DNA of 64,000 bases. Origin: the human T2T-CHM13v2.0 reference genome, Homo sapiens. Below, piece by piece: positions 16,380 through 29,252 of the stretch (position 1 is the first letter of the stretch; each line of letters opens with the position of its first letter). The translations under genes were made by a program, and so were the position numbers. The DNA lies in NCBI RefSeq assembly GCF_009914755.1, contig NC_060931.1. One strand, 5' to 3'. Under the pieces are notes generated by a model. The model did no database searches. It was not told the DNA's origin and saw only the letters and a program-made list of their open reading frames with translations.

Positions 16380-17068
16380 TGTCTTTATCTATTTTGTGTT
16401 CTATAATAGAATATCTGAGACTGTGTAATTTATAATGAACAGGAATGTATTTATTATAGTTCTGGAGGCTGAGAAGTCCAAGAGCATGGAACCAGCATCT
16501 GTGAAGGCCTTCCTGCTGTGTCATAACATGGCAGAGTGCATCACAGTGCATCACATGGTGAAAGGGCAAGACTGTGCCAGCTTGGGTCTCTCTTCCTCTT
16601 CTTTTCTTTTCTTTTTTTTTTAAATTTGAGGTGGAGTCTCACTCTGTTGTCCAGGCTGGAGTGCAGTGGCGTGATCTCGGCCCACTGCAGCCTCTGCCTC
16701 CCAAGTTCAAGTGATTCTTGTGTCTCAGCCTCCAGACTAGCTGTGATTATAGGCGTGCACCACCATTTTTGTATTTTTAGTACAGACGGGGTTTCACCAC
16801 ATTGGCCAGGCTGGTCGCGAACTTCTGGCCTCAAGCAATCCACCTGTCTTGGCCTCTCGAAGTGCTGGGACTATAGGCGTGAGCCACCGCACCCGGTCTT
16901 TTCCTATTTTTATAAAGCCATCCATTTCATCATAGGGACCCCACCATGAAGAGCTTATCTAATCCTTTTTACCTTCCAAAGGCCCCACCTCCAAATACAA
17001 TTAGCATATGAATTTGGTGATTGAGTTTCTAACACATTAAATTTGGGAAACACATTTAAACCATAGCA
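16380..17068 (-). mobile_element. MSTD/MLT1A-like LTR interrupted by Alu
   Basis: gttctggaggctgagaagtccaag…aaaccatagca; TSD cagca/cagta. Confidence 0.8.
16601..16896 (-). mobile_element. Alu (S/J age)
   Basis: Poly(T) followed by Alu reverse complement; small deletion near the central A-tract. Confidence 0.92.
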
Positions 17069-17220
17069 CAGTAAGGCTATATACAATTTTCTATGAGATG
17101 TACTTTAAAGGCTATATACCATTTATATGAGATGCACATTAAACATGAAGAAAAAATAGGTTAGATATAAAAAAGACAAAGGAGGAGGTATCATGCACAT
17201 ATTAATCATGAGAAAGCTGC

Positions 17221-18059
17221 TGTTATGGACACAATTGTATTCCCTCCATATTCATGTGTTGCAGTCCTAACCTCCACTTCCACACTGTGACTATATTTGG
17301 AGATAGGGCCTTTAAGAAGGTAATTAGATTAAATGAGGCCATAAGGGTGGGGTCCTGCATTGGTTCGCTTTGCATTCCTATAAAGGAATACCTTAGGCTG
17401 GGTAATTTATAAGGAAAAAAGATTTATTTGGCTCATCGTTCTGCAGGCTGTACAAGAAGCATGATACTGGCATCTGCTCAGCTTTTGGTGAGGGCCTCAG
17501 AAAGATTTTACTCATGGTGGAAGGCAGAGGCGAAGTAGGCAAGTCATGTGATGAGACAGAGAGCTAGAGTGTGGGGTGGGGAGGTCCCACACTCTTTAAC
17601 AATCAGCTCTTGCATGACCTAATAGAGCAAGAACTCATTTGTTTCTTTGGGGAGGGCCTGAAGCCATTCATGAAGGATCTGCCCCCGTGGCCCAAACACC
17701 TCCCACTAGGTTCCACCTCCAACACTGGGGATCACATTTCAACATTAGATTTGTAGGTCACAAGCATTAAAACTATATCAGGACCTGAACTAATAGGACT
17801 GCTGTCCTTATAACAAGAGGAAGAGAAACCATCATGCTCTCTCTCTCTCTTTGCCTGCCTGCCCAGAGAAAAGGCCATGTGAGGACACAGCAAAAAGGGG
17901 GCCATTTGTGAGCCAGGAAGAGACACATGGCGAGAAATTAGTTATGCTGCACTCTGGTCTTGAACTTCCAGCCTTCAGAACTGTAAGAAAATTAATTTCT
18001 GTTGTTTAAGCTACTCACACTGTGGTATTCTGTTATGGCAGCCCAACTAGACTACTATG
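17221..18059 (+). mobile_element. MLT1B-like LTR interrupted by MSTB
   Basis: tgttatggac…atttggagatagggcctttaag…ccagccttcagaactgtaagaaaattaatttctgttgtttaagc. Confidence 0.82.
17356..17780 (-). mobile_element. MSTB-type solo LTR nested in MLT1B
   Basis: ctataaaggaatacc…aactatatca; TSD ggtcc/ggacc. Confidence 0.85.
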
Positions 18060-18177
18060 GCTGGAATGGCTCTGTTGATATCAGACAAATTAGACTTTGG
18101 AACAAGGAATCTAACCAGAGATAAGAAGAAGATTTCATAATGATCAAGTATCAATTCATCAGGAGGAAAATCTTAGA

Positions 18178-18430
18178 TATGGAGAGGTTTCCCCATATCT
18201 CCCTCCAAAGAAGGACCTCCTGCCCAGCTGTAAGGAGTGTAGTCAGTAAATGGACTGCCAGGTCTGCCCCTTCAGGGCCTACCTTAACTCTAGAGAGCTG
18301 GCTAAAGCAAAGTCACACCCTCCCTAGGGCAATCCACATCTCGAGTGAGGTGGGCTATAAAGACCCAGATATTTTGGCCTGATGTGAGATCTTAGGATGG
18401 GCAATTCTCACTCCAGAGCTCTCCATGAAT
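18178..18430 (+). mobile_element. LTR16A-like fragment
   Basis: tgcccagctgtaaggagtg…gtcacaccctcccta…ctataaag…ctccagagctc. Confidence 0.5.
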
Positions 18431-19173
18431 GGTCAAACGTTTTATCTCTGCTAAAATTCTGTCATTGATTTTCAAATCTAGAAATTCTATGCAGGAGAAG
18501 ATATAGTCTTACTCTGAAATATTAGAGGTCTATACTGAGACTCTCCTATTGGGGTTTTTCAGATACTTATTTACTTTTATACCCCCAGTGTCCTGGATCT
18601 GCTGTGCATATGGACCAATGGGGAGGCAATTGAGTTTGCTACAGAACTCTCTTCTGCTCTGGAACATACTTGAAACTAGATTTTGGAAATAGCATATGTT
18701 ATACTTGGGAATAGTACTCCACTTATTGTCAGTTGACTTGGAGGGCTGCTGAAGAGGCCCACTAAGAAGTGGGTCTTTTTAGTCATGGGAATACAAGGTA
18801 CAACAACTTATCCTTTACTATAGAGGTTATTTACTTGTTATTTATTTTTATTTTTAAAATTTTAGATTTATGGTAGACATGCAGGTTTGTTACATGAATA
18901 TAATGTATAATGTTGGGATTTGAGCTTCTAGTGTACCCATCACCCAAATAGTCAACACTGTACCCAAGAGGTAATTTTAAAATCCATATCTCCCTCTCAC
19001 TTGCCTTCTTTTGGAGTCCCCAGTGGCTATTATTTTGATCTTTATGTCCATGTCTACCCATTGTTTAGCTCTCACTTATGAGTGAGAACATGTGGTGTTT
19101 GATTTCATTTCTTTGGTTATTTCACATAGGATAATCGCCTCCAGCTTCATCCATGTTGCTGTGAAGAATGTGA

Positions 19174-19476
<303 letters not shown>

Positions 19477-21284
19477 CGATCTCATTGTTTTTTATGACTG
19501 CATAGTATTCCATGGTGTATATATACCACATTTTCTTTATCCAATTAACTGCTGATGAAGACATAGGTTGATTCCATGACTTTGAAATCGTGACTAGTAC
19601 TGCAAAAAACATGAATGCAGGTATCTTATTATATGATGATTTATTTTCCTTTGGGTAGATGCCCAGTACTGAAATTGCTAGGTTGAATGGTAGGTCTATT
19701 TTTAATTGTTTGAGAAAGCTCCATACTGTTTTCCATAGTGGTTGTATTAATTTACATTCTCATCAATAGTGTATAAACATTCCCTTTTCTCCACATTCAT
19801 ACCAACATCTGTTGTTTTCTGACCTTAACAATAGCCATTCTGACTGGTGTAAGATGGTATCTTATTGTGGTTTTAATACTTATTTCTCTGATGATCAGTG
19901 ATGTTGAGCATTTCTTCATATGTTTTTTGGCCACTTGTTTGTCTTCTTTTGAAAAATGTGTATTCATAAGAGAAACTCTTCTTGACATTGATCTTTGCTC
20001 ACTTTTTAAAGGTGCTGTTTGTTTCTTACTGAGTTGTTTTGAGTTCCTTATAGATTCTGGCTATTAGTCCTGTGTCAGAGACATAATATGCACATGTTTT
20101 CTTCCATTTTGTAGGTTGTCTGTTTGTTCTGTTGATTATTACCTCTTTCACTGTGCAGAAGCTCTTTGGTTTAATTGGGTCCCAGATATTAATTTGTGTT
20201 TTTGTTGGATTTGCTTTGGGGGTGTTAGTCATAAATTCTTGGCTGAAGTCAATGTCTAGGAGAGTTTTTTCTAGCCTTTCTTCTAGAATCAGTTTCAGGT
20301 ATTAAGTCTTTAATTCATCTTGAGTTAATTTTTGTATATGGTGATAGGGGTCCAGCTTCATTCTTCTGCATATGGTTAGCCAATTTTCCCAGGACCATTT
20401 ATTGAATAGGGTGTCCTATCCCCACTGTTTCTTTTTGTCAGCTTTGTCAAAAATCAGTTCATTGAAGGTATGTGGCTTGATTTCTGTGTTCTCTATTCTG
20501 TTCGCATTATTCTATGTGTCTATTTTTGTACTAGTACTATGTTGTTTTAGTCACTATAGCCTTGTAGTATAATTTGAAGTCAGGTAATGTGATGCCTCCA
20601 GCTTTGTTCTTTTTGCTTAGAATTGCTTTGGTTATTTGGGCTCTTTTTTGGTTCCATATGAACTTTAGGATTTTTTTTTCTAATTCTGTGAACAATGATG
20701 TTGGTAATTTCATTGGTGTTGAATCGAATCTATAAATTGCTTTGGGAAGTATGCTCATTTTAATGGTATTAATTCTTCCAATCCATGAGCATAAAATTTT
20801 TTTCCATTTGTTTGTGTCATCTATAATTTCTTTCATTAGTGTTTCGTAATTCTCCTTATAGAGTTATTTCACCTCCTTGGCTAATTGTATTCCTACGTAT
20901 GTTATTTTTTTCTGTGGCTAATGGACATGGGATTGAGTTCCTGATTTGGTTCTAAGTTTGAATGTTGTTGGTGTATAAAAATGCTACTGATTATTGTATG
21001 TTGGTTTTACATCCTGAAACTTTACTGAAGTTGTTTATCAGGTCTAGGAGTCTTTTGGGTTTTCTAGGTATAAGATCATGTCATCAGCAAACAGAGATAA
21101 TTTGACTTCTTTTTTAATTTGGATGCTTTTTATTTCTTTCTCTTGCCTAATTGCTCTAGCTAGGATTGCCAGTCCTATGTTGAATAGGAATGATGAGAAT
21201 GAACATCCTTGTCTTGTTCCAGTTCTTAGGGGATTACTTTCAACTTTTTCCTGTTCAACTATTCCTTTTTCAGTATGATATTGG

Positions 21285-21417
21285 CTAATTCTATTAAACC
21301 AGTATCACCCTGATACCAAATTCAGGCAAAGGCACAACAAATAAAGAAAACTACAGACCAGTATCCCTGATGAACATAGATGCAAAAATCCTCAACAAAA
21401 TACTAGCAAACCAAATC
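21285..21417 (+). repeat. 133-bp inverted copy of L1 segment 21679-21811
   Basis: Manual reverse-complement alignment: 7 mismatches in 133 bp. Confidence 0.92.
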
Positions 21418-24121
21418 CATAGATGGCTTGTCATAGATGGCTTTTATTATTTTGAGGTATGTTCCTTCAAAGCTTAGTTTGTTGAGGGTCTTTATCATGA
21501 AGGAATGTTGAATTTTATAAAATGTTTTCTCTGCAACTATTGAGATGTCATATCATTTTTTTTAAATTCTGTTTATGTGGTGGATCACGTTTGTTGATTT
21601 GCAAATGTTGAACCATCCTTGCATCTCTAGAATAAAACCCACTTGATTGTGTTGAATTATCTGTTTGATGTGCTCTCTGATTTGGTTTGCTAGTATTTCG
21701 TTGAGGATTTTTGCATCTGTGTTCATCAGAGATACTGGTCTGTAGTTTTCTTTACTTGTTGTGTCTTTGCCTGATTTTGGTATCAGGGTGATACTGGTTT
21801 AATAGAATGAGTTAGGGAGGAATCCCTCTTCTCAATATTTTGGAATACTTTCAGTAATATTGGTATCGACTGTTCCTCATACATCTGGTGAGATTCAGCC
21901 ATGAATCTATCTGGTCCTGGGATTTTTTTGTTGCAAGATTTTTAATTACTGATTCAATTTCATTAGTCATTATTGGTCTGTTCAGAATTTCTGTTTCTTC
22001 CTGGTTCAATCTTGGGAGGTTGTATGTTTCCAGGAATTTATTCATTTCCCGAAGGTTTTCTAGTTTGTGTGCATAGAGCCATTCATAATAATCTCTGATT
22101 ATCTTTTGTATTTTTGTGATATCAGTTGTCATTTATCATTTTCTGATTGTGCTTACTTGAATCTTCTGATTTTTTTTTTTTTTTGGTTAAACTAGCCAAC
22201 TTTGTTTATCCTTTCAAATAACCAGCTTTTTGTTTCATTTTATCATTTTTTTGAGTTTCATCTTATTTAGTTCTGCTCTGATCTTTGCTATTTCTTTTTT
22301 TCTGCTAGCTTTGGGTTTGATTTCTTCTTGTCTTTCTGGTTCCTTAAGTTGTGACATTAGTTTGTTAATTTGAGTTCTATCTTTTTGATGTAGCCATTTA
22401 ATGCTATAAACTTTCCTCTTAGCACTGCTTTTGCTGTATCCCAGAGGTCTTGGTATGTTGTGTCTCTATTTTCATTCATTTCAAAAATTTTTTTATTTCT
22501 GCTTTAATTTCATTGTGTACCCAAAAATCATTCAGGAGCAAGTTGATTAGGATCCCCTTACCTGTGTAGTTTTGAGAGTTTCTCTGGGTATTGCTTTCTA
22601 ACTTTATTCCACAGAGGTCTGAGAAGACAGTATGATTTCAATTTTTTTTTAGTTTATTGAGGCTTGCTTTATGGCCAAGAATATGGTCAATTTTAGAGAA
22701 TGTTCCATGTACAGATGAGAAAAATGTATATTCTGCAGTTGTTGGGTAGAATGTTCTGTAAATGTCTATTCAATCTTTTTGATATATAGTCCAGTTTAAG
22801 TCCAGAGTTCATTTGACTTTCTGCCTTGAAGACCTGTTTAGTACTGCTGTGGAGGTGTTGAACTCCCCCACTATTGTTATATTGCTGTCAATCTCTTTTC
22901 TCAGGTCTGGTAGTATTTGTTTTATGAATCTAGGTGCTCTAATATTGGTATGTATATATTTAGGATAGTTAAAACTTGTACAAAACCCTTCATTATTACA
23001 TAATGGCCTTCGCCTTTTTTTTTTTTACTGTTGTTGGTTTAAAGTCTGTTATATCTGATATAAGAAAGGCTATGACTGCTTTATTATGTTTTGCATTTGC
23101 ATATGTCTTTTTTCACCCCTTTACTTTGAGATTGTAGGTGTCTCTAGCCATTAGGTAGGTCTCTTGTAGGCAGTAGAGGGTTGTCTCTTGTTTTTCTAAA
23201 TCCAATTTTTCAGTCTATATTTTTTAATTGGAGCATTTAGGCCATTTATGTTCAAGGTTAATATTGATATGTGAGGTTTTGTTTCTGTCATAGTTTTATT
23301 AGTTAGTTGCCTTAAAGTCTCAATTGTCTAATTGCTTTATAGGATCTTTGAGCTTTCTAGTTAAACGTGCTTTTATGATGGTGAGTAATATCTGTTCATT
23401 TCCATTTTTAGAATTCCTCTGAGCATTTCTTGTAGGGCCAGTCTAGTGGTGATGAGTTCCCTTAGGACTTGCTTGTCTAGGAAATACTTTATTTCTTCTT
23501 TATTTATGAAGCTTAGTTTGGCAGCATACAAAATTCTTGACTGGCATATTTTTTCTTTAAGGAGGCTAAAAATAGGTCCCCAATCTCTTTTGGCTTATAA
23601 AGTTTCACCTGATAAGCCTCTTGTTTGTCAGATGGGATTTCTTTTATTGGTGATTTGACACTTCTCTTTAGCTGCTTTTAACATTTATTTTTTCACATTG
23701 ACCCTGTATAGTCTGGTAACTATATGCCTTGGTGATGTTCATTTATATGGCATCTTTCAGGTGTTTTCTGAATTTCTTGCATTTGTATGTCTATGTCTCT
23801 ATCAAAATCAGGAAAATTTTCCTGAATTATTTCCTCAAATATATTTTCCAGGCTTCCTACTTTTTCTTCTTCTCTCTCAGGAATGCCAATAAGTTGTAGG
23901 TTTGGTTGCCTTACGTAATCCTATATCTATTGAAGTTTTTGTTCATTTAAAAAATTTCCTTTGTATTTTTATCTGACTGGGTTAATTTAAAGGACCAGTC
24001 TTCAAGCTCTGAAATTCTTCAAGTTCTGAAATTCTTTTTTCTGCTTGGTCTAGTCTATTGTTGTAGCTACTAACTGTGTTTTAAAATTTCTTCAGTGAAT
24101 TTCTCATTTTCAGAAGTTCTG

Positions 24122-24492
24122 TGTGATGGATGATTGGACTGAATGATGCAAAGCATTGATCCTGGGTGTATCTGTGAGAGTGTTGCCAAAAGAGATTAAC
24201 ATTTGAGTCAGTGGGCTGGGAAAGGTGGACCTACCCTTAATCTGGGTGGGCACCATCTAATCAGCTACCAGAGCGGCTAGAATATAAAGCAGGCAGAAAA
24301 ACATGAAAAAGACTTGATCGCCTAGCTTCCCATCCTACATCTTTCTCCTATGCTGGATACTTCTTGCCCTCGATCCTCAGACTCCAAGTTCTTCAGTTTT
24401 GGAACTCGGACTGGCTCTCCTTGCTCCTCAGCTTGCAGATGGTCTATTGTGGGGCCTTGTGATCATGTGAGTTAATACTTAGTAAACTCCCC

Positions 24493-24537
<45 letters not shown>

Positions 24538-24575
24538 AGTTAGTTCTGTCCCTCTCAAGAACCCTGATTAATACA
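24122..24575 (+). mobile_element. MLT2A (HERV-L) solo LTR nested in L1 ORF1 region, contains (TA)n
   Basis: tgtgatgg…gagattaacatttgagtcagtgggctggg…aaccctgattaataca; perfect 5-bp TSD ttctg (24117-24121, 24576-24580). Confidence 0.9.
24497..24535. repeat. (TA)n microsatellite
   Basis: Directly visible. Confidence 0.95.
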
Positions 24576-27500
24576 TTCTGTTTACTTGTTTGCTGTCATT
24601 GTTTCAACGTTTCCCTCATCTTTCATTTCCTGAACTGTTTTTCTGGTTTCTTTGTGTTGATTTTCAGCTTTCTCTTGGATCTCATTGACCTTCCTTACAA
24701 TTCATATTTTGAATTATTTATCTGTCATTTCAAAATTTCATTTTGGTTATGATTCATTGCTACAGAGACAGTGTGGTCCTTTGGGGTGGTCTCGACATTC
24801 TGTTTCTTCATGGTACTGGAGTTCTTGTGCTGGTTCCTTCTCATCTATAGAAGCTGCCACTGCTTATTTTTGAATTTACTTTTGTTTGGGTGGGATGTCC
24901 CCCTACCCCAAGGATGTAACTATTACAGAATGTTGAGTACAGTCTTTTGGCTTTGCCTTTATCACCCTGTGAACTTCTGTTGTCATGTTTTCCATTGGGT
25001 TCTGCAGCTTGAGGTACAGGCCAATAGGATGTGCTTCAAGGTAAGAGCCAGCTGATGTGCTTCAATGTAAAAGCCAGCTGTGGCAATAGCAGATGGGCAC
25101 GTACTTGATCTCTGTTTACTGTGAGATGCTCTCTGTTCTTTCAAATTCCAGGGTTGGACCCTGGAATTTCCAGTGCCCTGAACTTCCTGTTCAGTGGTGG
25201 TGTGAGAGTGGGACATAGCTGGGCACATCTTGACCATCTGGCTTGCCCACAAATACCTCAATGATGAGCGTGGGCACCAGCTCTGATGGGAGTGTTTGGG
25301 GGAGCTCCAGTGGAACACACAAAGGTCTCTGCAAGGGGTGAGGAGGGACGCACTGGCTCCATGTCCTAGATAGGCAGGAATGAGATCTGTTGCCCTGTCA
25401 CATTCTGTCCTGGGGCTCACGACTCTCAGTTCAGACCTGCACTCTTGTCTTTCTCTAGGCCACAGTGTAGCTGACAGCCATGAAAGATGTCTGTCTTGTG
25501 GTTCTTTGTAGGAGTCGTTTCGGGGTGGAAGCTCCTCACTCAGCCTGCTATAGACAGCTTTGTGGCTTTGTGGCCTGCCTGTTCTCCAATGTGTAATGCT
25601 GCTGCTTTGTGTAGAGATGGGGAGGGGCTCCACTTTTCAGCATGTTCAAATGAGTGTCAGCTGTGGTGGTGTTGGCTGATGGGGTTGGTCTGAACTCAGA
25701 CCCTGGTGGGGAGTGGTCAGATGCCCACATTAGTAGATGGGGCTAGGTAAACCCCCAACCCCCAGGCCCCTAGATGGCCCACTGGATGGTATGTATGAGT
25801 CCTGAGGGACTGAACTGGGACCGAGACTGGGCCAGTGGGCTTATTCTCAGGTCCCCAGAATTCAGGTGCTGGTCGTTAGGGGGTGGGCTGGTCTGGAGGT
25901 CATCAGCAAAACTCTCAGGCAGGGGCAGGCAGAATGCACAGGCAGTGGCTGATGCTCAGGCAATGGGAGCCCCAAGGCAGATCATAGGCCTGTGGGGCTG
26001 GGATCTCAAAAGGGCTCTGAGCGGCAGCTGGAATGGCTGCGTGGGGAGCAGCGTAGCTGAGCTGCGGGCTTTTCACTGGAGAAGGCAGGCCCCTTCAGCT
26101 GGAGCAATGGAGGATGGGAGCTTGGGGCATGTGGCTTGCTGACACTTCCCTCCTACTGGAGCAGCACCGGATTTTGCTGTTAGGGGCATGTTAAGGTGCC
26201 CGGTTTCTTCACCCCCTCCCTGTCCTGGAGTGTCAGGGGCCGCAGCGGCAGTGGTGGCAGCGGCAGTGGTGGCAGCAGCCACTGCTGTGGGAGTCAAAGA
26301 GGGGGTCACCAGCCCCTGCGGGTTGGGTTCTCAGAGGAACCTCGGCTGCAGCTAAAATGCATATTAGAGGGCATGGCGGCTGCATTGTGGACCTGATGCA
26401 GAAGAAGGCAGGTCCTGTTTAGCAGGGAGCTGCTGGGGCAGGCAGTTGTATGAGGCGTAGTCTGGCTGTTACTCCATACCATGGCTGCAGTATCTTTCAG
26501 GCACATAAAAGAGCCCAGCCTCCCTGTTCTGTGAAAGGATATGTTGATGCACTCTGGACCACTGGACGTATAAAACTTCACCATTATGGCAAGATGGCGA
26601 GCTCCAGCAACTGGCCAGAATAGGTCTCACTACGACATCTAGACATGACATGACTTGCAACATTTAATGTTTTACAATGCTGGTAGTGATTTGGAAATAC
26701 CACTGGAATCAACAGCTTAGGAGTCTAAATTATTTTTCTTGTGTTCAAGCTACCAATATATTTCCTTTTCATTTGAATTGTTATTCTGGAAACTTTTGAA
26801 GCCAGCAGAGGTGAAGCAAAGATATTGGTCTACATTTCCTACATTTTAGCTTTCAGCTACAGTTCCCTCTTTACTATGGCTGAACATATATCTCCTTAGG
26901 GTGTCTCTACTGTTCACGGATTTTGAATCTCTGAAAGAGAAATATCTTTGGGGAATGTGAAGAGAACCACACTTGTACTACATCTGCGGGCTCTCTTTTC
27001 CGCAGTAATTCCATAATAATAAACATGTTTAAAAATCCATTACAATGGTAAATCTGGAGATGGTGGATTGTTTTGAATTTGTATCAGTAGCATAAACAAT
27101 TTCACACTTCAAATGGAATTTCTACTAAAACACTCATACTAGAACATAATGTAAAACAGATAGATTTGCACAAATAAGATATTGCTACTTTGTTTTAAGA
27201 TATTGCTGCTTTGTTTTAAAATATTGGCATAGATAAAAATGTATTATTCATATCAACTCTTTTCATTGCTTTGAAACTGAAAATTACTTATGTTGCCAGC
27301 TCTGAATAAATATGTGTTTGTGCCTTGGCAACCATGATATGTTCATCTAGTTTGGTGTGAAATGTGGAACTATCTCATGCTTCACAGTTTTACCTTCTAT
27401 TCTTTAGGGTCTTTTTGCCTTGTCCTCTTTATATGTCTATTTTTGGGGGGCTGGGGTGAGGCTGGTGGCTTCATAGAGTTCTTCTTTGTCTGAGTCCTAC

Positions 27501-27601
27501 AGATCATCTTGTGGCAGGGATCTGGGCTGGGTTGAGGGATGGGCATGAGTTTGGGCTGGTAGAGGCTATAAGTCCAATTGTCCAAAAATAAAGTTCAAGG
27601 A

Positions 27602-27984
27602 CATATCAGTCTATGTTCATACTGCTATAAAGAACTGCCTGAGACTGGGTAATTTTTAAAGAAAAGAGGCTTAATTGACTCACAGTTCAGCATGGCTGGG
27701 GAGGCCTCAGGAAACTTACAATCATGGCAGAAGGCGAAGGGGAATCAGGGCACCTTCTTCACAAGGTGGCAGGAAGGAGGAGTGCTGAGTGAAGGGGGAA
27801 GAGCCCCTTATAAAACCATCATATCTCATGAGAACTCACTATCATGAGAACAGCATGGGCGAAACTGCCACCATGATCCAGTTACCTCCACCTGGGCCTG
27901 CTCTTGATGCATGGGGATTATGGGGATTATGGAGATTACAATTCAGGATGAGATTTTGGGTGGGGACACAGCCAAACCACATCA
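27602..27984 (-). mobile_element. THE1D-type solo LTR
   Basis: gctataaagaactgcctgagactgggtaa…gggacacagccaaaccacatca. Confidence 0.85.
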
Positions 27985-28808
27985 AAAGAGTTTCAGCCAA
28001 GGCAGGGCAATAAATCAGGCACGGTCGATCCGGGAACACTGGTTTCAGAGTGTAGGATACCAAATAGCAACATCAACTAAAAGACTGAACGATGAAATGT
28101 CAAGAATCCAGGCCAAACTGCCTAGAGAATGAGAAGCCAGAATTAAGGTAACAAATATGACAATGCCTGGATGGGGAGCAAAGATATTGGTGGGCAGGGA
28201 TTCTTTTTTTTCTTTTGAGGGATTTGTGATTGAGGTCATTTACATATCAATATTAAGGACATGTGTAAAATTAGTGCTTGTTGCTATCATTGGCAACAAA
28301 TACATTTGTGTATAGGGAATTAGGTTTTACTTACATTGTGAAGTATAATTAAATTATAGACTTTTACAGTAAATGTGAATCTCAGATCACAAATTTTAAA
28401 AATATCTGAACTTAATTTGTATTCAGGCCCTCATTCTACCAGTCTCAATAATTTTTGGTTTCCCTTTCTTCCTTTCCTCAAGATTACTACCAATTTCTGG
28501 GGGCAAGCATTGACTAGGGTTGCTCTTCCCTGTCATCACTCTAGGCACATTGCTGAGGATCAGTCCTCACTGCCTCTCTCAATGTCTTTCCCAAGCCAGA
28601 GTCTTCTGCTGCCTCTGACCCTCTCTAGAACATGGGGAAATTATGTTGTTCTCAACACATCCAATTCTATGGGGTTTTTAAGGTTTCTCATCATTTCTGT
28701 GCTAATCTCTCAGGGTTGAGTATTGGTCTACATTTCCTGCACCACGAGGGATGCATCAGAAGTCAGGGTTCTCCAGTGAAATATAACCAATATGATGTTT
28801 ATTGACAT

Positions 28809-29217
28809 TGATATGGTTTGAATCTGTGTCCCCACCAAAAGCTTATGTTGAATTGTAATCCCCAGTATTGGAGGTGAGGCCTGGTGGGAGGTGATTGGAT
28901 GATGGGGTGGATCCTTCATGAATGGTTTAGCACCATCCTTTTGGTGCTGTCTTGTGATAGGGCTCTCATGAAATCTTGTTGTTTGAAAGTGTGTGGCACC
29001 TCCCTCTCTCTCTCTTCTTCCTGCTCTGGCCATTTAAGACATCCCTGCTTCTCTTTCACCTTCCACCATGACTGTAAGTTTCCTGAGGCCTCCTCAGAAA
29101 CAGAAGCCACTGTGTTTCCTGAACGGCCTGCAGAACCGTGAGCCAATTAAACGTCTTTCTTTATAAACTACCCAGTCTCAGTATTTCTTTATAGCTATGT
29201 GAGAATGGACTAATACG
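28809..29217 (+). mobile_element. MSTA/B solo LTR
   Basis: tgatatggtttgaatctgtgtcccca…gagaatggactaatac. Confidence 0.88.
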
Positions 29218-29252
29218 AAATAAAGCTTAATTAGTTTTACACTTTAGATATA

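Larger units (their letters stand above)
13050..18175 (+). mobile_element. Ancient L1M (5'UTR, ORF1 and start of ORF2 remnants) fragmented by later insertions
   Basis: A-rich ORF1-like decay at 15000-15830 (tagaattgtatatccagg…tcctga); ORF2 EN-like pieces at 16280-16379, 17069-17220 and 18060-18175. Confidence 0.7.

Noticed and set aside
19797-22132. ORF fragments resembling the L1 reverse transcriptase/endonuclease protein ORF2p
   Set aside because: Broken L1 ORF2 with many stops and frameshifts; not a functional CDS
24983-25633. Longest ORF (216 aa, minus strand)
   Set aside because: Lies in the L1 5' region, has a non-ATG start and no recognisable domain; likely a chance ORF in GC-richer repeat DNA
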